Assembly: GCA_051294375.1 (NCBI GenBank)
Contig: CM119263.1
Location: 11,757,130-11,821,129 of the forward strand
Reading direction: 5' to 3'
DNA: 64,000 nucleotides
DNA from: Paraspadella gotoi
Lineage: Eukaryota; Animalia; Chaetognatha
In this document: positions 21,929 through 35,744 of the stretch, in pieces
Position numbering within the stretch: position 1 is the first letter of the stretch
How the letters are laid out: the number at the start of each line of letters is the position of its first letter
Program-made: the position numbers and the translations under genes
The notes under the pieces: model-generated
Told to the model about the DNA's origin: nothing
What the model saw: only the letters and a program-made list of their open reading frames with translations
The model's database searches: none

Positions 21929-23881
21929 TTCTCTCTTTCTCTCTTTCAATTTCGTTCGGTCTTCGGAGCCATTGAAAGCAGGTCCCAACGGTGAGCCATC
22001 AATTTCCAAGGGGTCCGTTCGCTCATGAGCTCTGAATTTGGCAGTTTTAAGATGAGGTGCTAAATTTGCGCGGATGGCTCGATCATTAGGCGCAGTCGGA
22101 CGGAGGGCGAGGTGGCCTTTCTCGTGGGCGACTTCATCGACAAAAGAGAAAAGAACATGCAAATTGGTCTAAGACGATTGGTGTGAATGACCAGGAAAAC
22201 GAAAGTTGAACATTTTCTTAAAAGACCTTGAGAATTTAATTGGGACCAAGACATTTGGGCTTGGTACGTATTTATCTCGAAATCGCGCTTAATTATATAG
22301 ACAAATTGACATTAAGGTCAGGGAAAGACGTTAAATCTTGTAGAGTCAAACAAGAAGGGTCATTTTGGCAGGGTTAAGCAAAAGTAGACATTGTGACAAG
22401 GTCAAGTCTGTGCCGGAGCGAGAGTCGGGGTCAGGGACGCTGACCCTAGCAGTCGAGGTCAAAAGTCCGCGAAAAAAAAGAGAGCCAACACGAAAGAAGA
22501 ACAAATATAGAGTAAAAGATGGTCCCAAAAAAAAAAAAGAGAAGGGAGAATTCCTTGCAAGTCGTTCGAGAGAAAAAACAAGATCCGGCAAGCTCAAAGT
22601 GTTGCGCCGCATTAACTTTCTCAAATGTATGTACGTATTTTTAGATAATAATATGACTGCAGAGGTATAAAATGTCTACTTTATGCATCTTATGATTTTT
22701 TCACCGCATTATAATCAATACTGTGTAGTATTACCTATGTTATGAGAATTTAAAATAGAAGTAAGGCAGAACGATTGATAGACAGAACCAAACGATATAC
22801 TGACCGACAAACCGATCGATCTAAAAGTGACATTATCGAGTTGCTCAGCGAGTACTCGCGGCGCAACTAAAAAGGAAGGAAGGGCTCACTTCTCCGCGGT
22901 AAAGTCCGAATTTTCCTCCCTTTCCCGCTTTCTCCCTTTTATGTTTGATTTATTTTCAAAGAAAAGTAAACAGAAACGATTCGGCTCTTCCGCCTCGGTT
23001 GTAACAGGCACATACCCACACACGCACTCGCGCACAAACAAACGCACACAAAAGAAGAAAAAAAACATCCCCGATTTTTCTTTTGTTGATCTTGGAAACA
23101 TTGTCTGACAGGTAATAGATAACGAGAGAGGGGAAAGAAAAACATTTCTTTCTCCTCCCTAATTTTATATTCTGCACCCCGCGTTCTTTTCTTTCGCGGT
23201 CAGCGAGTTTCAAAGAAAGTAAACCTTCTTTTAATCTTTTTGATATAATTTTTTTTTTATTCTCGCAGAATTAATATAAGGAAGGGAGAGGATAACGTGA
23301 GTTTATATATTTGTTTGATGGAGAAAAAGGGTGTAACTTAAACAAGAAAATAAACATTTAAAGTATTTAAATCGCATCAAATCAGAAAGATAATAAAGGA
23401 AGCTTAAAAATCCTATTTTTAATAATTTCTTTCTTCCTTCATTCGACGCATATTTCTGAATGGATTTCTGTTTTTTCAGTGGCGTAACTAAGAGCGTTCA
23501 AAAATCATCACATTCACCTTTTTCCCAATATATACAGTATGCCCATCGCCCAAGCTTTAAAATCCGTTAAAATCTGTTTAAATCTATTGCAGAACTTTAT
23601 TTTTGATGACATCCTCTAAACGAGTGACTTCATTTTCTAACGTCATTCGAATTCTTCTCGGGCAAAAGTGATAAAAGGAGGGATTTATCGCTCACCTAAA
23701 GCGAATTCTTCAAACGTGACGTAGAATTTGGAGAGAGGATAAAAAAAAATACAGGGTGACTGTAACGGGGAGACGGGGTCGCAATTTTGGAGAAAGAAAC
23801 TAGCGACTCAGGAAGTTCTCTGTTTCTCTGTTGTTTGTTTCAATTTCGAGGCGGATCGTTGGACTGTAATGATAACGCGAG

Positions 23882-23950
<69 letters not shown>

Positions 23951-24203
23951 AGAACGGCAAGGAAACTGAAAAAAGGTCTTAACTAAAAATCCACCGAAAA
24001 TTCCCTTGAGGAGAATTTCTTTGTCGCCCGATTCGACGATTCGCCATCTGAGGGAAAAAAAAGGCTAAACATTAAATTTAATAAAATGCGTTTGCTCGTG
24101 TGCATGCGAATATGGGACTGCGTGCGAGCGTGTATGTAAGTGAGCACGGTGAAGAATTTTCGATGAGCACCGGGCCTTCCTCAATATCTCTCTCTCTCTC
24201 TCT

Positions 24204-24333
<130 letters not shown>

Positions 24334-25467
24334 AACAATTATTGAGAGTTATATCGCCGGAGATTTCGCCCCTGAGACGAGAAATTCTAAAAGCGAAAAT
24401 CTCTCGTAAAACTTTCTCACAGAATTAATAACTTTAGATTTTTTTTTCTTATAAATTATTAAATATAATTTATTGATCTTCACGTCTCGTGAGAGTAACA
24501 GCGCAGCCGAGAGAACAACGACAGCCTCTTTACATTGGCGCCTTGACGTCAGCGTGATAAACGTCGGGGTTGACCTAATTTAGGGACACGTGTCATGTTG
24601 ACGAAAAGAATCGCGTGACGAAGTCAATAAAGACTTTGTTTACCCAAAACCGTGAAGGTCGAACGAAGGTCGAAAGAAACGGAAGTGATGGATGCGTCGG
24701 CGCCGTCGTCTCTCTCTCTCTCTCTTTCTGTCATGTTTCGGCGGCTCTTCGCTTCCCTTTGTCCGAACGCGTTATGACAAGGTCTCTCGAATGGAGCGGA
24801 CTGATTAACCGACTCACTTTTATTATGACACAGACAACGGCGACGGCAGAAATAGTGCAGACGATAAATAACTGATTGGAAAAAACAAATAAAACATTAC
24901 TTGCCAAAGGAAGAGAGAGAGAGAGAGAGAGATCAACCAGGGCAGTGATCCCGATTTTCGTTGATTAAGAATCGTTTGCCTCTGCGATTCCTTGATATGA
25001 GACGAACTAAGTTGAGGAGCGTCTGATTAGAAAAGGTGAGTTCAAATGACGAAAAGTGTTGAATTTAGTTTCAAGTCTTAATTTAAACGATGGCGATGAT
25101 TAGCGATTACTAACCGATTGGGATTCGGCGAATGGGAAATTCACGGAATACGGGTCGAGGTGAATAATAATTAGATGAGGGCTGCAGAGATTATTAACCT
25201 AGAATATTAGTCTTCGGTGCCTCACAACGTTTCCCCATGGTTCGCCATTTTATTAAAACGAGAATCTTAGTATTAATGATTATCATAACTTTTATTATTC
25301 GGAGCTCTAATAAACTTCCCTATTCATTCTTATGTTTTTTATTCATGTTTATGATCTTATACTTTCTTTATTCCCTCCCTACGCGACTTTCCATTTTATT
25401 TCTCCTGTATTCATTAATTTCCTCTCCAGACTTATTTTATTACCCTCTAAAACCTCGTCTCGTCAAT

Positions 25468-25581
<114 letters not shown>

Positions 25582-27779
25582 TTCACGATTCTCTCCTTTT
25601 TCGCTTACCTCTCTCCACCCTTAGATTACTTTTTCCTTCCCTTACATTCCTTTCCTTTCCTCCGTCCTTCGCACGATTTCTACGAGAAAAAATGAAACCT
25701 TGAAATTTAGTCTCCGCAAACTCGCTCAAATATATGTACCGTGGCGCGAAAGAGCCGGATGAAAAAAATTCTGACCGAAACTGAAGTATTTTTGAAATAT
25801 TTTTTTTATCAAAATCCTTAGGTTTAACGTTTTGTAGCTTGATAAAAGGACGCTCGGGCGTCTTTTCTTTGAGTCTGCCACGCCCTCTCGATTTCCGGGC
25901 GTCGCTTTCAAGTCTTCCCAACTCATTTTTCTTCATTTCTCTCCCAATCGAGTCTTCTCTTCATCTCAACTCGTTTCTCCTTCAATTTGCTTCAAACATC
26001 TTGTCAAAACATTTGATCAGTTTATGCATCCTTTCGATCGAAATCTCCTTTCATTTGATCTTTCACTCAATTTAACGCGATTCTTATTTAATACTTATTT
26101 TTTAGAAAATGCATTTGACAAGCACGTTTTTACATCCTCTCTATCTCTCTATTTCGATAATGTTTAGACGCCAACCATTACGGAATTGCGACCTCGTGTC
26201 ACCTCTCATTATATATTATGAATTATATTATACATTATACGACTTTTTTGCCGTATTCTCTTCCTCCGGCTGCCTTCGGAGATTCTGACGGCAATATTTG
26301 CGATTCAGATGGCGCTGGAGACTTAATTAAGATGGCGTGGGTGGAGACTTCAATAAGTTGAAGTGATGGAAGACTTTGGGTGGGTGGAAATGGGTTCTAC
26401 AAGTCCGTTGCTTTTAATGGCCAAACGCATGGAATTTGCTTAGTGGTTGAGCTTTTGAGGTTTATAGGACTGATTTTGTTACGTAATTTGTAAACGTCGC
26501 GGATGGAATAATAAAAAAAATTTCTGAACTAGAAATCTGTAAACGTAATATTCTGATACATGTAAGAGAGTTTGACAAATTTCACCAAAAGCACTAAAAT
26601 TATTTATGGGATATATCGTTAAATTTTTGTCTTCTAAATAAACAAAAAGCTCGCTCCTTCAGGCCATCATCCGTTCACCTGGTGAAAGAAAAATATTATT
26701 TTTCGTCGGCCGGAAAAAAAAAAATTTAATATTAGGAAAGGCGGTCTCCCGTTTTTAATATCGTTGGAAAACCGAGGGACGGAGTCGTTGGCAGAATTAA
26801 TCCCGCGGAGATTTTCAACTCGTCTTATTTTCCATTTCTCGTTATACATTAACTCTCGTTTTTAACCTCTTTTGTACTCAGTTCTCTGCTTTCCTCTTTT
26901 TCAAAACGATTTCCCGCCTCCGCGCCCGTCGAAATCTTTCAACTCATCCCACTTTTCAATTTATCTTTGACTCCCGGTTGTACCTTCTTCCTTTCCCAAC
27001 TGTTCTCTCCCGGACAACCCGCCTTCTTTTCATGAGTCTTTTTCGAACCATATTGAGTCAAAAGTTCTATTTCTTCCTTCCGTTCAGATTCAATACTGTT
27101 AAAATTATCTTTCTTTGGTTTTTTTAAAATGACGCTTCGATCACATGTAATAATTCATAGTATATACGTGTAGCTTTCTACTTATTATACTATGTCTGTA
27201 CGTATAACTGTATTAAACTTTTAAAATTTTAACGCAGAGGGATTTCCAAGAGAAAATGTTGTTTTTTTTGGAAAATCAGGAATAAAAAAAAATCCACGAA
27301 GCGAAATGGTTAGGGTTTTCTGCTTTCCATCTCATGAAAGCAACAAGCTTTACTTTTGAATCATCGCTTATTCCCTGTACACGTTATTTTTTCATCTTTT
27401 CTTCTCATTCACGCTTTTTTTTCTTTCATTCAGTTCTTTCTCACCCCTTTCCTTATCCGTTTGCTTCTCCATTCTATTCATTTTATTTGGGTATTTTTCT
27501 ACCTTCTTCCCTTTTCCTATCTTCTTTCTACCATCCCGTTTCTATTCCTCTTTTCCTTCTTCCTCCTTTTTCCTCTTCTCATCGTTTGTTTTTTTTTTAC
27601 GATTTTCTCTCTTTCATTTGATTCGAAGCAAATAATCAACAGAATTAAAACGCGATTTTTTTTTTTTTCCCCACGCCTCTCCCCCTTCCCTCGAGTCCTA
27701 CGCGCCAACGCCCCCTTCTATATACAACCCTCATCGATTTCGCTCTTCCTTTCCTCGAGCTTTTTCCTCCCTCGATCGT

Positions 27780-28270
27780 TTGGCCGAGAACCCTCCGCAA
27801 AGATTGGCCGAGAACCCTCACCAATCATTGGCTAAGAACCCTCACCAAACACGGGCCGAAAACCCCACCCCAATTGTTAGCCGTCAACCCTCACCATTGG
27901 TGAGTCACCAATTATTCGCCTACAACGATTACCAGACATTGGCAAACAACTCTCACCAAATATTGGCCTAGAAACCTAAAATCGTGAGATAACAATTCTT
28001 ACCAATTATTGGGCTAGAACCAACCACAATAAATGGCTAAAAGCCCTTATTAAACAAAGGGCTGACAACTCTTCCCAATCATTGGCTAACAATCCTCACC
28101 ATTTATTGACATAAAACCATCAACAATTATCGTCTTAGAACCCTCCCCAATCATTAGCCGAAAAACTTTACCAATTATTGGCCTAGAACCATCCACAACC
28201 ATTTGCCGACAACGCTCACCAATTATCGGCAAACACGAACATCATCAACGATTATTGGAAACAAACCCAG
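27780..28270 (+). repeat. Degenerate 24-bp minisatellite, about 20 units, consensus ~TGGCCGAGAACCCTCACCAATCAT
   Basis: Successive units such as tggccgagaaccctccgcaaagat, tggccgagaaccctcaccaatcat, tggctaagaaccctcaccaaacac and tggctaacaatcctcaccatttat. Confidence 0.9.
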
Positions 28271-28649
28271 TTGACAAATATTTGAAAAAAAAAAACATAC
28301 TCCTCAAATATCGGCCATTAACGTATGACCATCGAAATAGCTATTAGCCACAGATGACGACTTAATTGATAACAAACCCTCTTAATAATTAATTTTAACA
28401 AATGACATTTAAATTTCTCAAGCTCAGTAAACTGGTCGACGACCGCCTAACATCTTTTTCAGCGAAACCCCAACCACACTACACCTCGTTCACATCCCAC
28501 TCACCCCCTTTTCAACCTATGAAGCGTGATTCGGCGTCAGAGGAACTTTCTATTTGAGTCTAATGTCCCGTGGATCGAAAATCGACCAACACGCTCAGAA
28601 CGAGAGAATAAGAAAGAAAGAAATAAACAAAGAATTAGAAAATAAGAAG

Positions 28650-28783
<134 letters not shown>

Positions 28784-29704
28784 ACATTCAGGAGCTAAAA
28801 AGAAGAGGCGAAACTAATAATGAAAAACTAATAAAGAAAAAAGCTAATAAAGCGGAATGAAAGGACGAGTCGGTTTTAACGAAGGACGACGGGGTGGAAA
28901 TTATGACGGATGATTGAATTCATCAATTGACGATTAAATTCACAACACGCGTCGAAATGTAACGAGGTTTTGTCGGACTTTAGGTTATTGACGAAATGAT
29001 TTATCTATTTTAAATCAGTTCAGGCAGTGGACTTCAATTCATGACTTCATATCTATATCCTTCAATATTCATACATATTATGCATCTAAATCTTATTGTT
29101 TTAAAACATATAGGATCGCGACGCTGGATTCTTGACTGCGCAAATGACATCCCATTTTCTTCGAGTGATTCCGGGGGGCTTAACTTGAGAATTAGCTTAT
29201 GGAACGTTGCGAGGACTTCCAAAGAGTTTTGATTGGTCTTTCCGATTTCGGTCGAACGGCTCCATTGGCTCCCAGGCTATAAGAAGAAATAAAAGGCGTA
29301 GTGCAGGACTTCATTTTGACTGAGATTTCCGGAACTGCCTTGAATCTAGTTGGTAAATTTCTAAGAACAGACAATATTCATAAAGAGAGCTAATTCACAT
29401 CTACTAGCTTTATATGATTAAAGATATGTATGATAGATATGTATACATACATATATGTGCATTTTAAGTATATGTACTTTCAAGTTCTAATTCTAGTGTA
29501 AACATATTAGCAAATGGCGCAGTATCCAGAGAAGAGGGTCTCGTCTCGCTACATCGTAGTAGTAGATAAGTGCTAGAAAAGTGGATGGCACTAATCTGAT
29601 GAGGAAAGCAGCGGGGGATGGAGGACTTTTAATAGAGGACGATCGCTTCTCTTCTTATGCATAAGTTAAAAAAAGGAAAAAATGTAAAGATAAAAGTTAA
29701 GCAA

Positions 29705-29815
29705 GAAAAGAAAAGAAAGAAAAAAAGAAAAGAAAAGAAAAAGAGAAAAGAAAAGAAAAGAAAAGAAAAGAAAAGAAAAGAAAAGAAAAGAAAAGAAAAG
29801 AAAAGGAAAGGAAAG
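29705..29815. repeat. (AAAAG)n microsatellite
   Basis: Directly visible. Confidence 0.95.
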
Positions 29816-32023
29816 GAGAAATGTATCGATGCTGAAAATCAATCCGTAGAACAAAAAAAAAGGGTCGGAACGAATTCGGCAAAAATCGACTTCGTTTGAC
29901 AGAAATTGGATAAAAAGGATCCGAGAAAAAGAGGCTCAACGGAAACTGGAAGGGAAGGAGGAAGGAAGCTTGATTAAAAAAAAAAAAAAAAAAAAAACCG
30001 GGGTAAAAAGATGTAATGAAAAAAAAAAGGTTATTACTAACTTTGAATGGCAACTTTGTTCTAAATTTCGTTTTGATTAATCCCCAAGAAAGGATTATAT
30101 TTTCTTTACTCCCTGTCTCGTTGAATCCTAAAAGAAAGACGAGAGGAGGGAAAAAAAAAATTTTATCCAATAAAATAAAATGGGATAGAAAACTCATATT
30201 AAACGGATAATCAGAGCCCCGCGACGCAAGTAGCCGAAAGCGAATGAAAGAGTCGCTGCAAATGTTTTCTCACTCCCGCCTCCCCGTTGCCAGGTAATCG
30301 ATTATAAATCACTGATCTACGCGGGATGTCTTCGACTATGTCGCCTCTTTGTTTATTAACTAAAACTCACAAACCGTTCGCAAAAATTTGTATGGGTTCG
30401 ATTTTGCTAATTCTGTAAGCGAGTTAGAGCGAGATAAAATATCTTCAAAATTATACAATTTAAACATTATTTTAATTAATCGCTCCCCAAGAAATCTTCA
30501 CATGAATACATCATTTCTCATTGATCGACCTACGTAAAAGGTCGTAATAATCTTTTTCCGTCTTGCAGATCTTGTAGATTGAGTTCGAATCGAAAATGGC
30601 GATGAATTATTTTAAATTAATTACACTGAATGGATCTTTCTTATTTCAGCTCATTTTTTGGTGGGATTGCGGGTAGAGCGGTGGTGTCACTTCATTTTAC
30701 GATTTACTAGAAATGGTCAGACATTCTGCGCAATGTCTTGTGATGATCACCGGAGCGGTTCTCCTTAAAATCGGATTTAACCTTCAGCTACCATTCAAGA
30801 AACGATTGTTTTATATTGGTATTTTCACAATGGTTCTTACTGATCCCGTCTATGCTATTTAACTCACTATTGCGCTATACGCTAAATACTTCACAATGCT
30901 CACAGCACAGTGCACGGCGGAGCCTTTATCATCGCATTCGCAACGCTCTTGTCACTTCAATTTTTCTATAGTCATAATTTTGTGATTTTTTTCCTCAACG
31001 TCATCCCGTCTAACGATCTGACTTCGACATGTTCCTCGATATCTGGGCAAGACATCGAGTTCTCAGCGCCGCTCTGCAGCTGCCCAGTGCGGCGACAATC
31101 CTGAGTGCTTCACCGCAGCGAAAAAAAGGTTTCCTCTCTCTCAATAACGCCGATGAACGGAGACGTCGGAGACGGCCGCCTCTCTCCCAGGTGGTGAGAC
31201 ACTCTCTCTCCTTCTTTTTGTTTTCTTGTTCCACTTTCGATCGCCGGATTCCGTTTATTACGTCACTTTCGATTTGTTTTTTTCTGAAATTTTACGATTT
31301 GTTGATTGCGCGTTTGTTTTGCTTTATCCAGGATCAATCTTTCTAACACTCGGCCCTTTTTTCACCTTAATTTTCCTTTTTTCACTTTCTTTCTCTTTTT
31401 CTTTGTTCTTTTTCTTTGGCACCGCATTTTTGTCTTTCATTAAAGTAGTTTTTTGGTGTTTTTTTATTAGTACTATTTTCGAAGACGTCACATCTTGTCA
31501 GAATGACTACTCTGAAAAACTATATTTCTGTCTTTCTTTATTTCTTGACGTTTTTCATTCCTTATTTGGTTCCTTCCTTCTTTTCTGCCTTTTTTCCTTT
31601 CTTTCTTTTTAAGATTCCTCCTTGTAATCACTTACTATCTCTGTCTCCGTTTCTTCTCTTTAGGACTTCATTAATTCAGACAGAGACTCTGTCAGAGTCT
31701 CGCGCGTGAGATGAATGGTCGACGTTTTAAAATATTGGAATCTCCGGTGCTGGAAAAATAAAAGACGAATGAACAGCTTAATCAATTGGAAAAAAGAAGC
31801 AGCATTGAAATATTAGCCTGGGCGTAAACAAGAAACACTGTTTGATCCCGGGAGATACAATACAAAGATAATATTTACTATGGAGTTATGGATTGGGGCT
31901 AAACTGTGGTACGAAGGGTCAGAGTGGACAGTGGTCAAGATAGACGATTCGCTGATAGCCATGGAATGGGTGAGACGAAAACGATGAGCGCCGAGTTAGC
32001 GTTTTGTATGGAGAGAGAGAGAA

Positions 32024-32108
<85 letters not shown>

Positions 32109-35100
32109 TAAAAGATGACCCGACATAGAAGAAGACGAATCGACGACTCTGCAAAGGACGACGTCGCCGATCGAAATTCGAAAAAAAGATCCCGAAATCA
32201 GGTTTTTGGTCAAAGATTTACGATGTCGTCCTTCGTCGGAGAAAAAGAGTCGTAACTCAAATTCTCGTCTCGCCACGGACGCTGCTTCCACCCTCCCTCC
32301 CCGCGAATGACTTTCTTCTTCGTCATTCCCATCTTTCTCGCTCCTTTGCGTTTTCCCTCTCATCCAGTCTCCTCGGGTTTTCTGGCGAGCTCGTCAATTT
32401 TCCGACGCAGTTTTCCACCCGTTTTGGGAGTTATTTTTATTTTTTCCTGGGCGGATTTCTAAAATGCTTAGAATTTATACGAGTCCAGTGTATAAACCAA
32501 GAGCACAATTTTCGATTGTCTTTTTTTTTTTTGGCTCAGAGCTGCTCTCCTTTTTTCGAAGAGTCACTAAACGGCGCTGCTTTTTTTTTTCTGAGCGGAT
32601 TCCAACGAGGCTGCTTTCGTTCCGAGCAGATTTCCGCCGGGCTGATTTCCGGTTCTGGTCTTCGCCAGGAAGGGCGGCCGGCGGTCGGGGTTAGTTCTCA
32701 TCCCGGGGATGAGTGATAGATAACTGGAACCAAGGAAGAAGAGGAAGGGTTGCCGGGTGTGTGAGGTCTGTGAGGTGGGTTGGGACCGGAGGTCGAAAGT
32801 GGAAGAAAGAAGGAGAACTTGAGAAGATTGAATTAGGGTATGTTATTAATAAGTTATAAAGTTATTAAGTTATTAATAAGTTATTACGGGAGGTCGTAGA
32901 AGATACTCTGTGTCTTATTAGTAGGAAAAGAAAGATTACAAATCAGAGGGGAAAACATTAGGATCCATATTATAGTAGTTTGTTTAAGTTTATTGACAAA
33001 AATATGTGAGGAAAATCATTGTCGCAAGGGGATCCAGGGTTATTAATTGAACGAAAAAGTACATTTAAATAGGATTTTTAAAATTGTTTTAAAGATGTTA
33101 AAATGTAAAATTACCAAGGAAGGTTAAACAAAGAAAACCTTAAAACTATGTACTCGGATTGAAAAAAAGGAAAATAAAGGGCAGACGGAAAGTCAATGCG
33201 GAGAGAAGAGATCGAAACCAGGGAAAGAAAAAAAAAGGGATGTAAGAATTAGGATTAGTGCAAAGGATGAAGATGGATGAGGAAGACGCCCTGAATATCG
33301 ATGGGATGGAGAAGCTTGATGGGGAAGTGACTAGAAAGAATGTATGAGGAACGAAAAGAAGCGTAGGCCGGAGGCAGCTGGGAGGAGGAAGATAAAAAAA
33401 CTAGTTGTAAGCGAAGATAAAAATACATCTAGAGAAAAGTCGTTTGTTTTAATCGTTGAAATCAAAGAATCAAAAGAATGAGCAAAAAAAAAAACAAAAA
33501 AGAAAAAGAAAATATTGTGAGTGAGAAAAAAAAAGGGAATGGCCATTTATGGCAGAAAAATCTGAGATTAGGAACAGGAATAAAAAAGAGAAAGAGAAAA
33601 AAAGTGCGGGTTACGAGCAAAAAAAAAAAAATCGTGAAAATGCTCGAGGTCGAACTCGGCGAAGGAAAAAATTCCAGAGGTTAGGGGGGGGCGACTCCCA
33701 CGTTTTATTGTCGATGACCGAGAGAGAATTGAAGAATGTTGAAACGGTTGCTTTCTGGCAAATTATGGTTTTTTTTCTATGTTTCGATAGCTAAAGAATA
33801 AAAGCCGCAAAAAGCTCAAAAACGAAATTGCGAGATCAAAAAAAGAAGAGGAAAGCAGAAGAGTTCTTTCGACGGCCTATCTAATTCTTTTGGTTAAATT
33901 TTTCATTTGGAGAATAAAAGTCAGCTTCTTGTTTTCACTGTTTTACTCGGATATTGGCATTTTGATAAAAAAACAAACTTGGAAGCAATATAGAAAATAA
34001 AAAGAATCCATGCAAGAAGCAAAAAATGAAAAAAAAAGAAGTATGAACAAAGTTTGCATCAATCAAGTCAGAAGAGAGTTTTTAAGGGTCGGGGTGGTTT
34101 GCAAAAACAAGAGGAGTCCGAAATTGGCAACTTGTGGATATTTCTTTTTTTTTGTCTGACACTTCCTTTGAGCTTGTCAAAATGGGTGGAAAAAATTTTT
34201 TTTTCCTGTTGAACCGTCATTTTTTCTCTCACTTCTCTTGTCTCAAGATGACACTCAGTTTTTTTATTGTAAATATTCGTTCTGCCATCCGATCGCTTTC
34301 ACTAGTGCTTTGCTTTAAGTTACTTGCTTGAATTCTTTTGTTTATACCTTGACGTCACTTAAAAACACCCTTTGCTTAAGGGGGAAAGAAAAAAAAACAA
34401 CTTAAAAACTTTAACTATTAAAATTCCCACTCGGCGTCCGCTTCCCCGCCGCTTAATATTCTTGTCACGGGTGAGAATTTGATTAAAAATCATGATCTTT
34501 TTCCATGATTATGCAAATTCGGTTTATCGTCTCTCGAACACAAGAATGAGAAGAGAAAAGAAGAAGAAGAGGCTGAGAACAGCCGGTGGCCCCGCCCCCT
34601 TGAGTCTCTCGTCGTTGTTGACGTCGGCACCGTCGTCCGCCTCGTCGTCCCGGTTGTCTCCGTCTCTGTCGTTAGCAACAGAGGTTTTTCTTCAAAAATT
34701 TATTCTGCGTGGTCGGGATATAACGAGCTGCGAGTGAGACAAAAGAGAATTCGGCTCATGCCTCCTTTGGCGGTTCTTTTATTCGCCGGAATAAAGAAAT
34801 ACAAACAGAAACAAGGATTGCGGATGGCGCTGAGCCTCGGAGACTTTCTCCCTCTTTCTTTATCTTTCGTTCCCTCCGCCTTCCTTCTATGCCCTCTTTT
34901 CCCCACGTCCCCTCAAAAAACTGGCGTACTGCTGAGGCCGGGAGCGTTAACTGTATTTTTTTCCCTCTTCTCCTCTGTTTCTCTCGTTTTAATTCCGTTT
35001 CGTTAATGAGTCTACGAGAACGAGTCTTACGCTAATAAAAACTTAAGCGAAACTCAAAGACTTAGAGCGTGAAGGAAAAAAACTGGCGAGAAACGCGAGC

Positions 35101-35422
35101 CGAAGCAAATGGACCCCGAGGCGCGATGTGGGTTTTTCATTTTTTCTCTCTCCTTGCATAGCGCTATTGGTCTATAGGTTGTCCATGAGCTCTTGAATGA
35201 GGGACACTGCGTCTGTGTCTAGAGAAAAAAACCCTGTTTTGACCCTGATAGACGTGTGCGCTTTATCTCATCAAAATCTCATAAAAATCAAAAAATTGAC
35301 GGGAAAAAAAAAGAAACCTAAAATAAAAAAAATGGTTCGACGTCTAAATTCGGCTGAAAAAAAAAATTCACGCCCCTCACTATTTACGGCCTTCATATTT
35401 CGAATCGGATTCCCGGGCGACG

Positions 35423-35456
35423 GTTTCCTAGCAACGCGTCTCGTCTCCATGGTTAC
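35423..35456. promoter_or_regulatory. Tandem RFX X-box-like motifs
   Basis: GTTTCCTAGCAAC (35423-35435) and GTCTCCATGGTTAC (35443-35456) resemble the RFX consensus GTNRCC-N0-3-RGYAAC. Confidence 0.5.
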
Positions 35457-35586
35457 GTCGTCGCGCTGGAGGTCGTTTTCGTCGTCGTCGTCGTCCTCGT
35501 GGCCAAGTTTCGTTCCTTGTCCTCGTTCTCTCACGATCGCGTCTCTTCATAAGCGGAGCGTCTCAACCACCATGACTCAGAAAGAG

Positions 35587-35622
<36 letters not shown>

Positions 35623-35658
35623 CATCTCGCTCTCTCTCTCTCTCTCTTCTTCTCCTCT

Positions 35659-35744
<86 letters not shown>

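Noticed and set aside
27780-28270. CRISPR-like appearance of the 24-bp array
   Set aside because: Units are contiguous with no unique spacers, there are no cas genes and the context is eukaryotic.
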